Positions 9,043-18,903 of a DNA stretch of 64,000 nt are shown here, one piece after another. A program made the translations under genes and the position numbers. Numbering within the stretch: the first letter of the stretch is position 1; each line of letters starts with the position of its first letter. This stretch comes from an uncultured delta proteobacterium (GTDB lineage Bacteria; Myxococcota_A; Polyangia; Polyangiales; Polyangiaceae). The stretch covers positions 1 to 64,000 of the forward strand of contig CAWDXG010000003.1 in the NCBI GenBank assembly GCA_963806225.1. The letters run 5' to 3'. Below the pieces are notes generated by a model. It was not told the DNA's origin. It worked only from the letters and a program-made list of their open reading frames with translations, and did no database searches.

Positions 9043-10395
9043 ATGTCCCGCACACGCAAAGGCACAGTGCAGTGGGTCCCGGCGACTACAAAAAGGGCCG
9101 GCCACTACAAGGCACGCATCACCGCGCCGAACGGCACGCGCCCCTGGATCGATCTCGACCCCTCCCCTCGCTCGCCGCAAGCGGAGGAGCGAGCGCGCGA
9201 GAAGGCCGCACACTGGACCGAACGCGCAAAGAAGAAGAACATCGGCGCGCCGCCCGCGCAGACGGTCAGCGAGCCGAGCGTCACTAGCAACGACAAGACG
9301 GTGCGCGGCTATGCAGCGCGTTGGCTCGCCGACCGCGAGCGGCGCGGCCTCTCCAGCGTGGCGACGGACCGGGGGCGCCTGAAGAATCACGTGCTGCCGA
9401 TCATCGGCGACCGCCCGATCGCAGAGGTCACGCGCGACGAGCTGCGCGCCGTCGTCGAGTCGCTCGACAAGAAGACGCTCGCCGGAACGTTCTCATGGAA
9501 GACCGCGGGCCGCTGCTGGGGGCTCGTCACGAAGATGTTCGCGGATGCCGTCGACAGCAAGACGGCGGCGCTGCGCGTGCGCTCGGACAATCCCTGCCTC
9601 GGGCTGCCTGGACCCGACCGCGGCGCCCGCAAGAGCAAGCAGTGGCTGTACCCGTCGGAGGTGTCCGCGCTGCTCGCGTGCGCCCGGGTACCGCTGCGTT
9701 GGCGCCGGCTGTACGCCCTCGCGATCTACCTCTACCCGCGGCCGGGCGAGCTGGCTGCTCTGGACTGGAGCGCGGTTCACCTGGAGCAGCGCTACGCCCA
9801 CATCCACCGGGCCATCGACCAGCGCACCGGCACGATCAAGCCGACGAAGACCAACACCACGCGCAAGATCCCGGTCCGGCCCGAGCTGCTCCCGTTGCTG
9901 GAGGCCCTGCACGCCGAGAACGGCTCCGGGCTTGTCGTGCGAAACGAGCACCCGAACAGGGACGCACATCAGCACGGCATGCCGCCGCTGGAAGACCTGG
10001 CGGCCACCCTGCGCGATCACCTGCTACGCGCAGGTGTGGACCGTGCCGAGCTCTTCAACGACACGCCGACCACGCGGCGCGTGACCTTCTACGATCTGCG
10101 CGCCACCGGCATCACCTGGGAGGCGCTGGCCGGGACCGAGCACCTGCGCATCATGCAGCGCGCCGGCCACGCGAACTTCAGCACCACGCTCGGCTACATC
10201 CGCGAGGCCGAGGCAGTTGGCATGCACGTCGGCGAGCCGTTCCCCGAGCTGCCCGAAGCGCTCATCACCGGCCGTGCCACGCCGCGAATCGTCCCGCCGA
10301 ATCGTCCGGAGACGATTCGGCGCGATCGAAGCTCGCGGAAGCGTTCAAGAAAGCAGGCGTCCCCAACGGGATTCGAACCCGTGTTACAGCCTTGA
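9043..10395 (+). CDS. tyrosine recombinase / phage-type integrase
   Basis: Core-binding LKNHVLPIIGDRPIAEVT. Catalytic R (YPRPGEL), K (TKT), YDLR, GH and TTLGY. Adjacent to and overlapping the tRNA. Confidence 0.93.
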   Translation: MSRTRKGTVQWVPATTKRAGHYKARITAPNGTRPWIDLDPSPRSPQAEERAREKAAHWTERAKKKNIGAPPAQTVSEPSVTSNDKTVRGYAARWLADRERRGLSSVATDRGRLKNHVLPIIGDRPIAEVTRDELRAVVESLDKKTLAGTFSWKTAGRCWGLVTKMFADAVDSKTAALRVRSDNPCLGLPGPDRGARKSKQWLYPSEVSALLACARVPLRWRRLYALAIYLYPRPGELAALDWSAVHLEQRYAHIHRAIDQRTGTIKPTKTNTTRKIPVRPELLPLLEALHAENGSGLVVRNEHPNRDAHQHGMPPLEDLAATLRDHLLRAGVDRAELFNDTPTTRRVTFYDLRATGITWEALAGTEHLRIMQRAGHANFSTTLGYIREAEAVGMHVGEPFPELPEALITGRATPRIVPPNRPETIRRDRSSRKRSRKQASPTGFEPVLQP

Positions 10396-10432
10396 AAGGG
10401 CCGTGTCCTGGGCCTGGCTAGACGATGGGGAC
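10358..10432 (-). tRNA. tRNA-Glu (UUC)
   Basis: GTCCCCA/TGGGGAC acceptor stem, anticodon arm CGGCC-CTTTCAA-GGCTG, T arm ACGGG-TTCGAAT-CCCGT. Followed by CCT, so CCA is not encoded. Confidence 0.97.
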
Positions 10433-10616
10433 TGAAACGGGCGCGGAACATAGCCAAGAACGCCCGCCCGAACAACGTCTGGTCCGCTCATCGGCATTTC
10501 GGCGCGGACATTTCGCGCCAGATGCCCACTCATCCCGCCCGGAATGCCCGGTCTTCGGGCCCGGCCGGGGACCCCACGTCGGAAGCGCGGCCGCCTTCGC
10601 GCGGCGCGCGCCCGCG

Positions 10617-11618
10617 CTACTCCCCCGGCGGTCGCACCATGCCACGCGCGAACGGCTCGACGGCCTTGGCGATGCGGGGCGCGCAGGTGTCCGGACGGGG
10701 CGGGTTGAACCAGGCGAAGGGCTCGAGCAGCTTGTCGAGGCGCCGGCGGCCGCCGAGCACGCCGCCGCGCGAACACTCGACGAGCAGGCTCAGCGCGCCG
10801 TGCTGGTCGTGGAACCAGTCGAGCTCCATGCCCGGCGCCGTCACCCCCGGCACCCAGTGCGACGACTGCACCGCCCGGTAGGGCCGCCGCGAGTCCGCCT
10901 TGCGCGCCACGTAGCGCGCCCAGCGCCGGTGCTCGGCCGCGTCGATGGGCGCGGAGAGCTTGGCCCCGTACGGGTAGAGCACCATGCCGCCGAAGCTGTG
11001 GAAGCTCACCGCCCGGTCGACCATGCTGCCCTTGAAGAACGCCGTGATCGAACGCACCTCCGGCTCGCTCGCCGGGGCGCGCCCAGCAGCGAATATCCCC
11101 CCCGGGACCAGCCTCGCCAGCGACAGTCGCCCCCAGTAGCTCGGGAAATTGCGGTTCAGATCGACACGATTGCGATTGTGGCGGACGAAGCGCCGGCGCT
11201 GATCGCGCAGGTTGCCCTCCACCCGGCGGACGCCATCCGGGTTGGCCAGCACCACGCTCACCACGCGCCGGTCTTCCGGCGGTCGCTCGACCAGCTCGTC
11301 GAGCAGCGTCAGATGCGTCTCGATGCCGATCCACTCGGTCGGGTGCACGCCGCTCAAGAGCGCCGTCGTGCGCTTGGCCTCGCGGTTGCCGATCGTGAGC
11401 GCGAACAGCGGCTCGCCCTCCACGCTCTCGCCGATCACGTCGAGCGCCGCGCCCCGCTTCACCAGCACCGACAGCGCCGACAGCATCTCGGCGTAGCCGC
11501 GATACGGGCCGAGGTCGCGCCGGGTGAGCGAAAGCGCCAGGGGAGTGGCGCGGTGCGCGTCGATCGCGCGCGTGAGGCGCTCCAGTGCGGCGGGAGTTCC
11601 GATCGGCTGGACCTGCAT
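10617..11618 (-). CDS. M14-family zinc carboxypeptidase
   Basis: GVHPTE (HxxE), RHNRNRVDLNRNF, SEPEV, SFHSFG. Confidence 0.9.
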   Translation of the reverse strand: MQVQPIGTPAALERLTRAIDAHRATPLALSLTRRDLGPYRGYAEMLSALSVLVKRGAALDVIGESVEGEPLFALTIGNREAKRTTALLSGVHPTEWIGIETHLTLLDELVERPPEDRRVVSVVLANPDGVRRVEGNLRDQRRRFVRHNRNRVDLNRNFPSYWGRLSLARLVPGGIFAAGRAPASEPEVRSITAFFKGSMVDRAVSFHSFGGMVLYPYGAKLSAPIDAAEHRRWARYVARKADSRRPYRAVQSSHWVPGVTAPGMELDWFHDQHGALSLLVECSRGGVLGGRRRLDKLLEPFAWFNPPRPDTCAPRIAKAVEPFARGMVRPPGE

Positions 11619-11736
11619 CGGCCGAAAGCTTGTCACCCGCCGGGCCGCGAGCAAAGTGCCAACTCAAGCCCGCGGGATTCTGGGACTTTCGCGTGCCATC
11701 TTCCCCGTTTCCGGGGCGCTGCTATGGTCCCGCCCG

Positions 11737-14231
11737 TTGAGCAGTTCGTCACCCATCGCCGCCTCCGCTCCCGAAGCCGTCAGCGACGCGCGCGCCGTCG
11801 CGGCGCCGTTCTCCGTCACGCTACTCCTGTTCGTGATCTCCGGCGCGACGGGCCTGGTCGACCAGCTCTGCTTCTCCAAGTACCTGACCTACGTCGTCGG
11901 CTCCACGGCCTACGCGGTCAGCGCCGTGCTGGCCGCGTTCATGACCGGCCTGGCGCTCGGCTCGCACCTCGGCGGACGCTACACGCGGCACGTGCGGCGT
12001 CCCTTTTTCGCCTACGGCCTGATGGAAATCGTCGTGGGCGTCGCCGTGGCGCTGTCTCCCCTCGCCTTCGGCCTGCTGACTCCGCTGTACGTCGAGCTGG
12101 CGCGCAGCGCCCCGCATTCGCTCGCGCTGGTCAGCCTGTTCCGCTGGCTGATGGCGATGCTGCTGGTGATCGTGCCGACCACCGCGATGGGCGCCACGCT
12201 GCCACTCCTGTCACGCCACCTGGGCCCCGGCCAGGCGCGCGACGCGGACGAAGCGCGGCTGCGCGAGCGCCGCATCGGCTGGCTGTACGCCGTCAACACG
12301 CTGGGCGGCGCCGCCGGCGCGCTGGGCGCCGCGTACCTGATCCTGCCGGCGCTCGGCATCGCGGGCACGCTGCACGCCTCGGCGGGTTTCAGCCTCGCGA
12401 TCGGCCTGGCAGCGGTGGTGCTCGGACGCCGCGAGGTGTCCTTCCCTCCGGAGCGTGACGCCAGCGTCTCGACCGCCGAGGCCCACGAGGCCCGCGAGCA
12501 CCAAACGGACAGAGCGCCCGCCGGGGATCGCAAGCTGGACGAGCCGCCCACGCGCGAGCTCGTGCTGCTCGGCGTGCTGGCCGCGGGCAGCGGTTGGCTG
12601 GTGTTCGCCTCCGAGGTGGTGTTCACGCACCTGCTCGCGCTGGTCATCGGCAACAGCGCCTACGCGTTCGGCCTGATCCTGGCGGTGTTCCTGCTCTGCC
12701 TGTTCTTCGGCGCGTCGCGCGCTGCCTGGGCGCACCGGCGCTTCGGCGACGCCGCACTACCGCTCGGGCTCGCTGCCGCCGGCCTCGCGCTCGCCGCCAC
12801 GCTGCCCATCTGGGACAAGCTGCCCTGGTTTTTCGCCAACACCGGCAAGGTCCTGCAGACGTTCGACGCGCGCGAGGCCATGCGCGCGCTCGCGGCGTTC
12901 ACGGTCCTGGTCTTGCCCGTCACGCTGATGGGCCTCACGTTCCCGCTGCTTCTGCAGCGCGTCGCGCGCTACTCGGAGGTCGGAGGTTTCGTCGGCCGGC
13001 TCACCGCCATCAATACGCTCGGTGCCGTGGTCGGCTCGCTGGTCACCGGCTACCTCGTTCTGCCGCTGCTCGGCTCGCAGAGCTCGCTCATCGCGATCGC
13101 GCTCGTGTTCGTCGTCGGCGGCCTTGCAACGCCGCCCGCACTCGGCCGCCGCATCGGCAGGCCCGTCGCCATCCTGTCGGCGGCCGGCGTGGCCGCGGCG
13201 TTGCTGCTACCGCGCTGGAACCTGGTGCGGCTGACGAGCGGCACCAACGTCTACTTCGACGGCGGCCAGTCCGCCGGCAAGCTGCTGTTCCTGAAGGAAG
13301 ACATCCACGGTGGCGTCACCAGCGTCACGCGCGCCAAAGGCGTCACAGCCCTGTTCACCAACGGCAAGTTCCAGGGCAACACCGGCTGGGAGATGTCCGC
13401 CCAGCGCTCGTTCGCGCACTATCCCTCGCTCTTCGTCCACGACTACCACCACGCGCTCGTGATCGGCTGCGGCACCGGCACGACGCTCGGCACGCTCAGC
13501 GCCTACCCCTGGAAGCGGCTCGATCTGGTCGAGATCTCGCCCGCGATCGTCGAGGCCGCCCGGAAGTACTTCACCGTCCCCAACCGCGGCGCGCTCGAGG
13601 ATCCGCGCGTGCACATCCACCACCAGGACGGCCGCAACTACCTGCTTGTCGACCGGCAGCGCTACGACCTCATCAGCATGGAGCTGTCGAGCATCTGGTT
13701 CGCCGGCGCCGCCAGCCTGTACGACCGCGAGTACTACCAGCTGGTCCACGCGCATCTGGAGCCGGGCGGCATCTTCCAGCAGTGGGTGCAGCTGCATCAC
13801 GTCCACCGCAGGACCTTCGCGACCATGCTGAACACGCTGCGCCGTGAGTTCAAGCACGTCACGCTCTTCTACAGCGGCGGACAGGGCATTCTCGTCGCGT
13901 CCGACGACCCGCTCCACACCTCGCCGGAAAAGCTCGCGCACCTGTCGGAGCGCCCCGCCATCCAGGCAACACTGCCCGCGGGCCGCCCCTTGATGAGCCT
14001 GGTGGACGACGCCCTGGTGATGGATCACGGGCTCGATCGCTTCCTCTCGGAGAGCGCGGATCTCAGCCGGCGTACCCCTCGACCAGCTCGTCTCCACCGA
14101 CGACAACCTGTACCTCGAGTACGCCACTCCGCGCGGCAACGTGCTGCCCTGGATCGCACCGCGAACAGCTCGTCGCCAAGATCAAACGCTTCCGCGACCA
14201 GGCCGCCATCAACCGCATGAAGTCGCTCTGA
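11737..14231 (+). CDS. membrane-fused spermidine synthase-like protein (frameshifts near 3' end)
   Basis: Multiple TM helices with GWLYAVNTLGG and GRLTAINTLGA repeats, SAM-binding ALVIGCGTG, VEISPAIV, DGRNYL. The C-terminal STDDNLYLEY continues in another frame. Start approximate. Confidence 0.88.
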
Positions 14232-14561
14232 ACCCGCGCCGGTCCCCTCTTCTGGGGGGGCACCCAACCAGGTACCAGAGCAGGCCCACCCCATCCGACT
14301 CCGCAGCCCACAGCCGTCGCGGGCGCGTGGGCCGCGCCCGCCCCCGGGATCGCGATCAGATGTAGCAGTGCCCGCGGGCCACCGCCGTTCCGGTCGCTCG
14401 GATGACCATGTCGCCCCGGCGGGCATTGGGCTAGTGCTATCGGGGGGGTGTCGAGCGGCCCGGCGTGGAACCGGGGCCGCACCCAGAGCGCCGGCCCGGG
14501 CCCGCCCTCGGCCTCTCACGTGCCTCTGGCGGCGGAGCCCGGCTCGTGCTCGAATGCGCGC

Positions 14562-14945
14562 ATGAAATACGGCCTGTTCGTTTTCGCCGCGGCCGCGGGC
14601 GCCTTCGCGGTCGCGTGCGGTGGCTCCGATCCCCAACCGCAGAGCCCGCCGCCCGGCTACCAGCAGCAGCCGCCGCCCGGCTACCAGCAGCCGCCGCCCC
14701 AGGGCTACCAGCAGCCGCCGCCCGGCGGCTACCAGCAGCCGGCCCCGGCGCCCGCGCCTGCTCCGGCACCTGCGCCCGCCCCCGCGCCCGCTCCGGCGGC
14801 AGCGCCAGCTCCGTCCGCCAGCGGCACTCCGACTGCGATTCCGGGAGTCGTGAAGAACGCGGACGGCACCTGCACCTGGACGCCGCCGAGCCTGAACGGC
14901 CAACCGACGAGCCCGATGACCGGGCCCTGTCCGCCCGGGATCTAG
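14562..14945 (+). CDS. Pro/Gln-rich small lipoprotein
   Basis: Lipobox AVAC, PPGYQQ and PAPA repeats, two C-terminal Cys. Confidence 0.75.
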   Translation: MKYGLFVFAAAAGAFAVACGGSDPQPQSPPPGYQQQPPPGYQQPPPQGYQQPPPGGYQQPAPAPAPAPAPAPAPAPAPAAAPAPSASGTPTAIPGVVKNADGTCTWTPPSLNGQPTSPMTGPCPPGI

Positions 14946-15028
14946 ATCGTAGCATTTAGCCACACTTTTCCGGCTCTGTTGCGCCAGATGTGTGACATTT
15001 TGCAACAGTCATTGTACAGAGGGGGACC

Positions 15029-15724
15029 GTGATCCGTCCTGATGCAGCGCGCGCGGTCGCCGCAGCGTGCCTGTTCACGGTAGTCGGCTGCGCTAGTAGC
15101 GCGCAGCGCCTTGGGAGCGAGGTGCCCACCTCCGCCGGACAGGCCCGCACGCCCTGCGAACAGCACTCGTGGTTGGTAGTCGCACCGACGCGCGCCGAGT
15201 ACGCCGACGTCGGCGACCGCGACACGCACACGCGAAAAGACGGCCTTGGCCTCTACCGCGTCGGACAGAGCAGCCCGGAGTCGATCCCCGGCCTTGCCAG
15301 CGAGCTGCCGGCGTCACCCATGCTCGAGCGCCACAGCAGGGCCGTGCACCGCTTCGACAACAAGCGGCTGGTCGCAGCCGGCCTTGGCGCAGCCGGCCTG
15401 GTTGCGATTGCGGTAGGCACCGTCGTCTTCGTGAACGCGTTCGAGACGACGAAGACGACGAGCTCGACCGGCGCCGTCAACGAGCAGCAACACGTCTCCA
15501 GCAGCCGCGCCGCGCTGGGCGGCGTGCTGGTCGGCGTCGGGTTCGGGCTGGGCATCGGCGGCCTGGTGGTCAATCCCGGCCAGGCCGAGCGCGCCCGCGC
15601 CGACTCGCTCCGCTACACGTTCCTGCCGCCCGACGACAGCCCGGACGACGTCAAGCGCATGGTGGGCGAGCACAACGAGCAGGTGAAACAGCGCTGCATG
15701 CGGACGCCCGCCGCGTCGAAGTAG
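15029..15724 (+). CDS. hypothetical lipoprotein with two TM segments
   Basis: Lipobox VVGC, two Gly-rich hydrophobic helices, GAGGGG RBS. Confidence 0.7.
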   Translation: MIRPDAARAVAAACLFTVVGCASSAQRLGSEVPTSAGQARTPCEQHSWLVVAPTRAEYADVGDRDTHTRKDGLGLYRVGQSSPESIPGLASELPASPMLERHSRAVHRFDNKRLVAAGLGAAGLVAIAVGTVVFVNAFETTKTTSSTGAVNEQQHVSSSRAALGGVLVGVGFGLGIGGLVVNPGQAERARADSLRYTFLPPDDSPDDVKRMVGEHNEQVKQRCMRTPAASK

Positions 15725-15745
15725 CTCGTCCGCCCGGAGCCCGGC

Positions 15746-16755
15746 TCAGACGGCGAGATCCAGCGCCTCGACGGCGCCGGAAGGCGGCGCGACCAGACCG
15801 AGCGTCGAGCGCGGAGCCACGGCGGGTGCGCCCGTGTGGAGCCTGGCCCGCTCGGTGATCGCCTCGCACAGCTCGCCGAACGCGAAGCCAGCCGCCTGCG
15901 CGATCTTGGGCAGCAGGCTGGTCGGGGTCATGCCCGGCAGCGTGTTGACCTCGAGCACGTACTCGTTCTGCCCTTCGGTCACGAGCAGATCGACGCGCGC
16001 CGCGCCGCTGCGTGTCGAGCGCCTGCGCGGCGCGCTCGGCGAGGTTCAGGACGCCGCGGTAGCGGGTGGCGGGCAGGCGCGCCGGCATGAAGTACTCGGT
16101 CATTCCTGGCGTGTACTTGGCGTCGAAGTCGTACATGCCGCTCTTCGGCGCGATCTCGATGGCGCCGAGCACGCGCCCGTCGAGGATCCCGACGGCTACC
16201 TCGCGGCCCGCGATGAAGCGCTCGACCAGCACCGAACGGTCGTAGCGCCAGCGCCGCGTCGATGGCCCGCGCCAGCTCGGCCATGTTCGACGCGCGGGTC
16301 ACGCCGATGCTCGACCCTCGCGGCGCGGCTTGACCACGACCGGGAAGCCGAACGAGCCGTGCGTCTCCTCGAGATCCGCGCAGCCTGTCGCCCTCGAACA
16401 CGTAGTAGGGCGGCGTCGGCACGTTGTGCAGCCGGAACAGCTCCTTGGCCTTGAGCTTGTCCATGGCCAGCGCGCTGCCGAGCACGCTCGAGCCCGTGTA
16501 CGGGAATGCCGAGCATCTCGAGCAGCCCCTGGATGCAGCCGTCCTCGCCCAGACGGCCGTGCAGCGCGAGGAACGCCACGTCGATCCGCCGCTCCGCAGC
16601 CGATCCAGTGCGTCGATTCCGGTGCCGAGCACGACGCGCTCGACCTCGTAGCCGCGTTCGCCGAGCGCCGCGGCGACGGCGTCGCCGGAGCGCAGGGATA
16701 CCTCCCGCTCCGCGGAGGTTCCGCCCATGACTACCCCGATGCGCTTGGCCTTCAT
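15746..16755 (-). CDS. ddl: D-alanine--D-alanine ligase (split by frameshifts)
   Basis: [43 protein letters not shown] and [14 protein letters not shown] occur across successive frames. Confidence 0.93.
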
Positions 16756-16841
16756 CCGCGACTCTCCTTCGTTCTCCCCGGTAGCGGAGAGAGGCGCGAA
16801 TCCGGCCAAGAAATTGGCCGCTAGCGACCCGGAACGCGGCC

Positions 16842-17616
16842 TCAGCAGGCTTCGACGAGCACGGCGGTGATGTTGTCGCGGCCCCCGCGCGCGTTGGCCA
16901 GATCCAGCAGGCGCTGCACGGACGCCAGGCCGCCCGATGCCGGTCATCGCGGGGATCTCCTCCACGCGCAGGTAGCCGTGCAGGCCGTCGCTACAGAGCA
17001 AGATACAGATCGCCGAGCTCGAGCTCGATGACCGTGGTGTCGACCTGCACGTAGTCGCGGTTGCCGACGGCGCGGGTGATGACGTTCTTGTGCTTGCTGT
17101 GCTTGGCCTCTTCCTCGTCGATGAGGCCCTGCTTGAGCTGCCATGCGATAAGCGTGTGATCCTCGGTGAGCTGCTCCACGTCGGTGCTGCGCACGCGATA
17201 GATGCGGCTGTCGCCGACCTGGCCCAGCACCGCGTAGTCGCCGAAGCGCATCATGGCGCTGATGGTCGTGCCCATGCCGGCCTTGCCGCTGTCGAGCTCG
17301 GCCATGGCGAAGATCATGTAGGTCGCCGCCTGCACCGCGCCCTCCAGCAGCCGCGACGCGGCGCGCGCCTTGTCCTCGGAGAAGGCGCCGCCCAGATCCA
17401 GCGCGGAAAGCCCGCGCTTGACCATCCCGTAGATGGTGTCGCACGCCTCCTGGCTGGCGACTTCGCCGGCGGCGTGGCCCCCCATCCCGTCGGCGACGAC
17501 CCACAGACCCGAGCTCGTCGTCGCACAGGAAGGCGTCCTCGTTGACCTGCCGGCGCCGCCCCACGTCGGAACCGCCGTAGGACCGGAGCTGCGAGCTGAT
17601 CGGCCGGTACTCCCAT
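16842..17616 (-). CDS. PP2C-family Ser/Thr protein phosphatase (frameshifted)
   Basis: [51 protein letters not shown]. Start approximate. Confidence 0.9.
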
Positions 17617-17759
17617 CGTAGACGCAGACTGATCAGCGGAACTCCGTCCGGGGACAGCGAAGTTCCCGTCCCGGCGCCTGCGGGTCCGCTTCTCGACGCT
17701 TGCAGCCCGGAGCGGCTCCAAATACCGTCGGCGGACCATGCCGAGGGCCGCCGCCACAT

Positions 17760-18900
17760 CCATGCTCCAGGCCCAGAGCCCGGCCCGCGTGCGCGCGGGC
17801 GGTCGGCGAGCTTCTGGGCGGGATACGAGCGTCCGGGCGGTGCGCTGGTGTTCTGCAGCGGAGCGATCTCGCGGACGCGCTCGCCGACGTGGCCGCCGAG
17901 GTCGCCCGGCGTCGCGGGCGGCACGCCGGCGCTGGTCGTCAGCGGCGCGGGCGTGCTGAGCGAGCAGCGGCGAGATCGAAGGCCAGTCCGCCGCCTCCGT
18001 CATCGCCTGGGCCGGCGGGCGGAGCGAGGTGCTCGCTTGCGAGGCATCGGGCGCCCGACGAGCTCGGCGAGTCGCTCGCCCGGCAGCTCGGCGACCGCCT
18101 GGGCCGGCGAGCGCCGGCCAGCCTGGTCGTTCGTCCGAGCCGACGGCTTCGGCCCCAGCGCTCTGGAGCCGCTGCCGGGAAGTGCGCGGCGCAGAGCACG
18201 TGTTCGGCGCGGGTTGCATCGGCGAGCCGGGGCTGCTCGCGATCGATCCGGAAGGGCGGGTGCACGGCTGGCGGCGCCGTTGCCATGGTGATGCACGGCA
18301 TGCCGCCGCCGCTGATCCGCGCTTCCCACGCCTGCCGGCTGCTGGTGCCACTCGGGCGCATCACGGGCACACGCGGCTCGATGGTGGTCGAGATCGACGG
18401 CAAGCCCGCGCTGGACCTGCTCTCCGAGGTGGGCGCAGAGCTCAGCGACCAGCCGCTGGTGTTCGCGGTGCTGGCCGAGGACGCAGGCGAGCGCGCGCCA
18501 GGTCGGCGGGCGCGCAGAGCTCGTGGTCCGGGGCGTGCAGGGCGTCGACCCGGTGCGGCGCGGGCTGATGGTCTCCGACGAGGTGCGCGAGGGCATGCGC
18601 GATGGCGTTCGCGGTCCGCGACGCAGCCGCCGCGCGTGCCGATCTGGAAGCGGTCGACGCGCGAGCTTTCGCGCGAGATCGCCGGCGCCGCGCCGCGCTT
18701 TGCGCTCTATATCGAACTGCGCCGGCCGCGGCGCGTCGCTCTACGGCGCGTTCGACGTCGACACGCGCATCCTGCGCCGCCGTTTCGCCGACTTGCCGCT
18801 GGCCGGGATGCACTCCGCCTTCGAGATCGCGCCGTTCGGCGGCAAGCCCACCCTGCAGCTCTACACCGGCGTACTGGCGCTGTTCACCGCACCGAGCTGA
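17760..18900 (+). CDS. FIST-domain signal transduction protein (heavily frameshifted)
   Basis: EIDGKPALDLL, LVVRGVQGVDP and NCAGRGASLYG...LAGMHSAFEIAP...YTGVLALF match FIST_C. 5' end uncertain. Confidence 0.75.
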
Positions 18901-18903
18901 GCT

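Larger units (their letters stand above)
1820..10395. mobile_element. integrated element (satellite/integrative plasmid-like) at tRNA-Glu; left boundary not in window
   Basis: Integrase abuts the tRNA 3' end, with Xis-like, RHH and SF3 helicase genes and no structural phage genes. No second copy of the tRNA 3' end was seen in the window. Confidence 0.8.
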
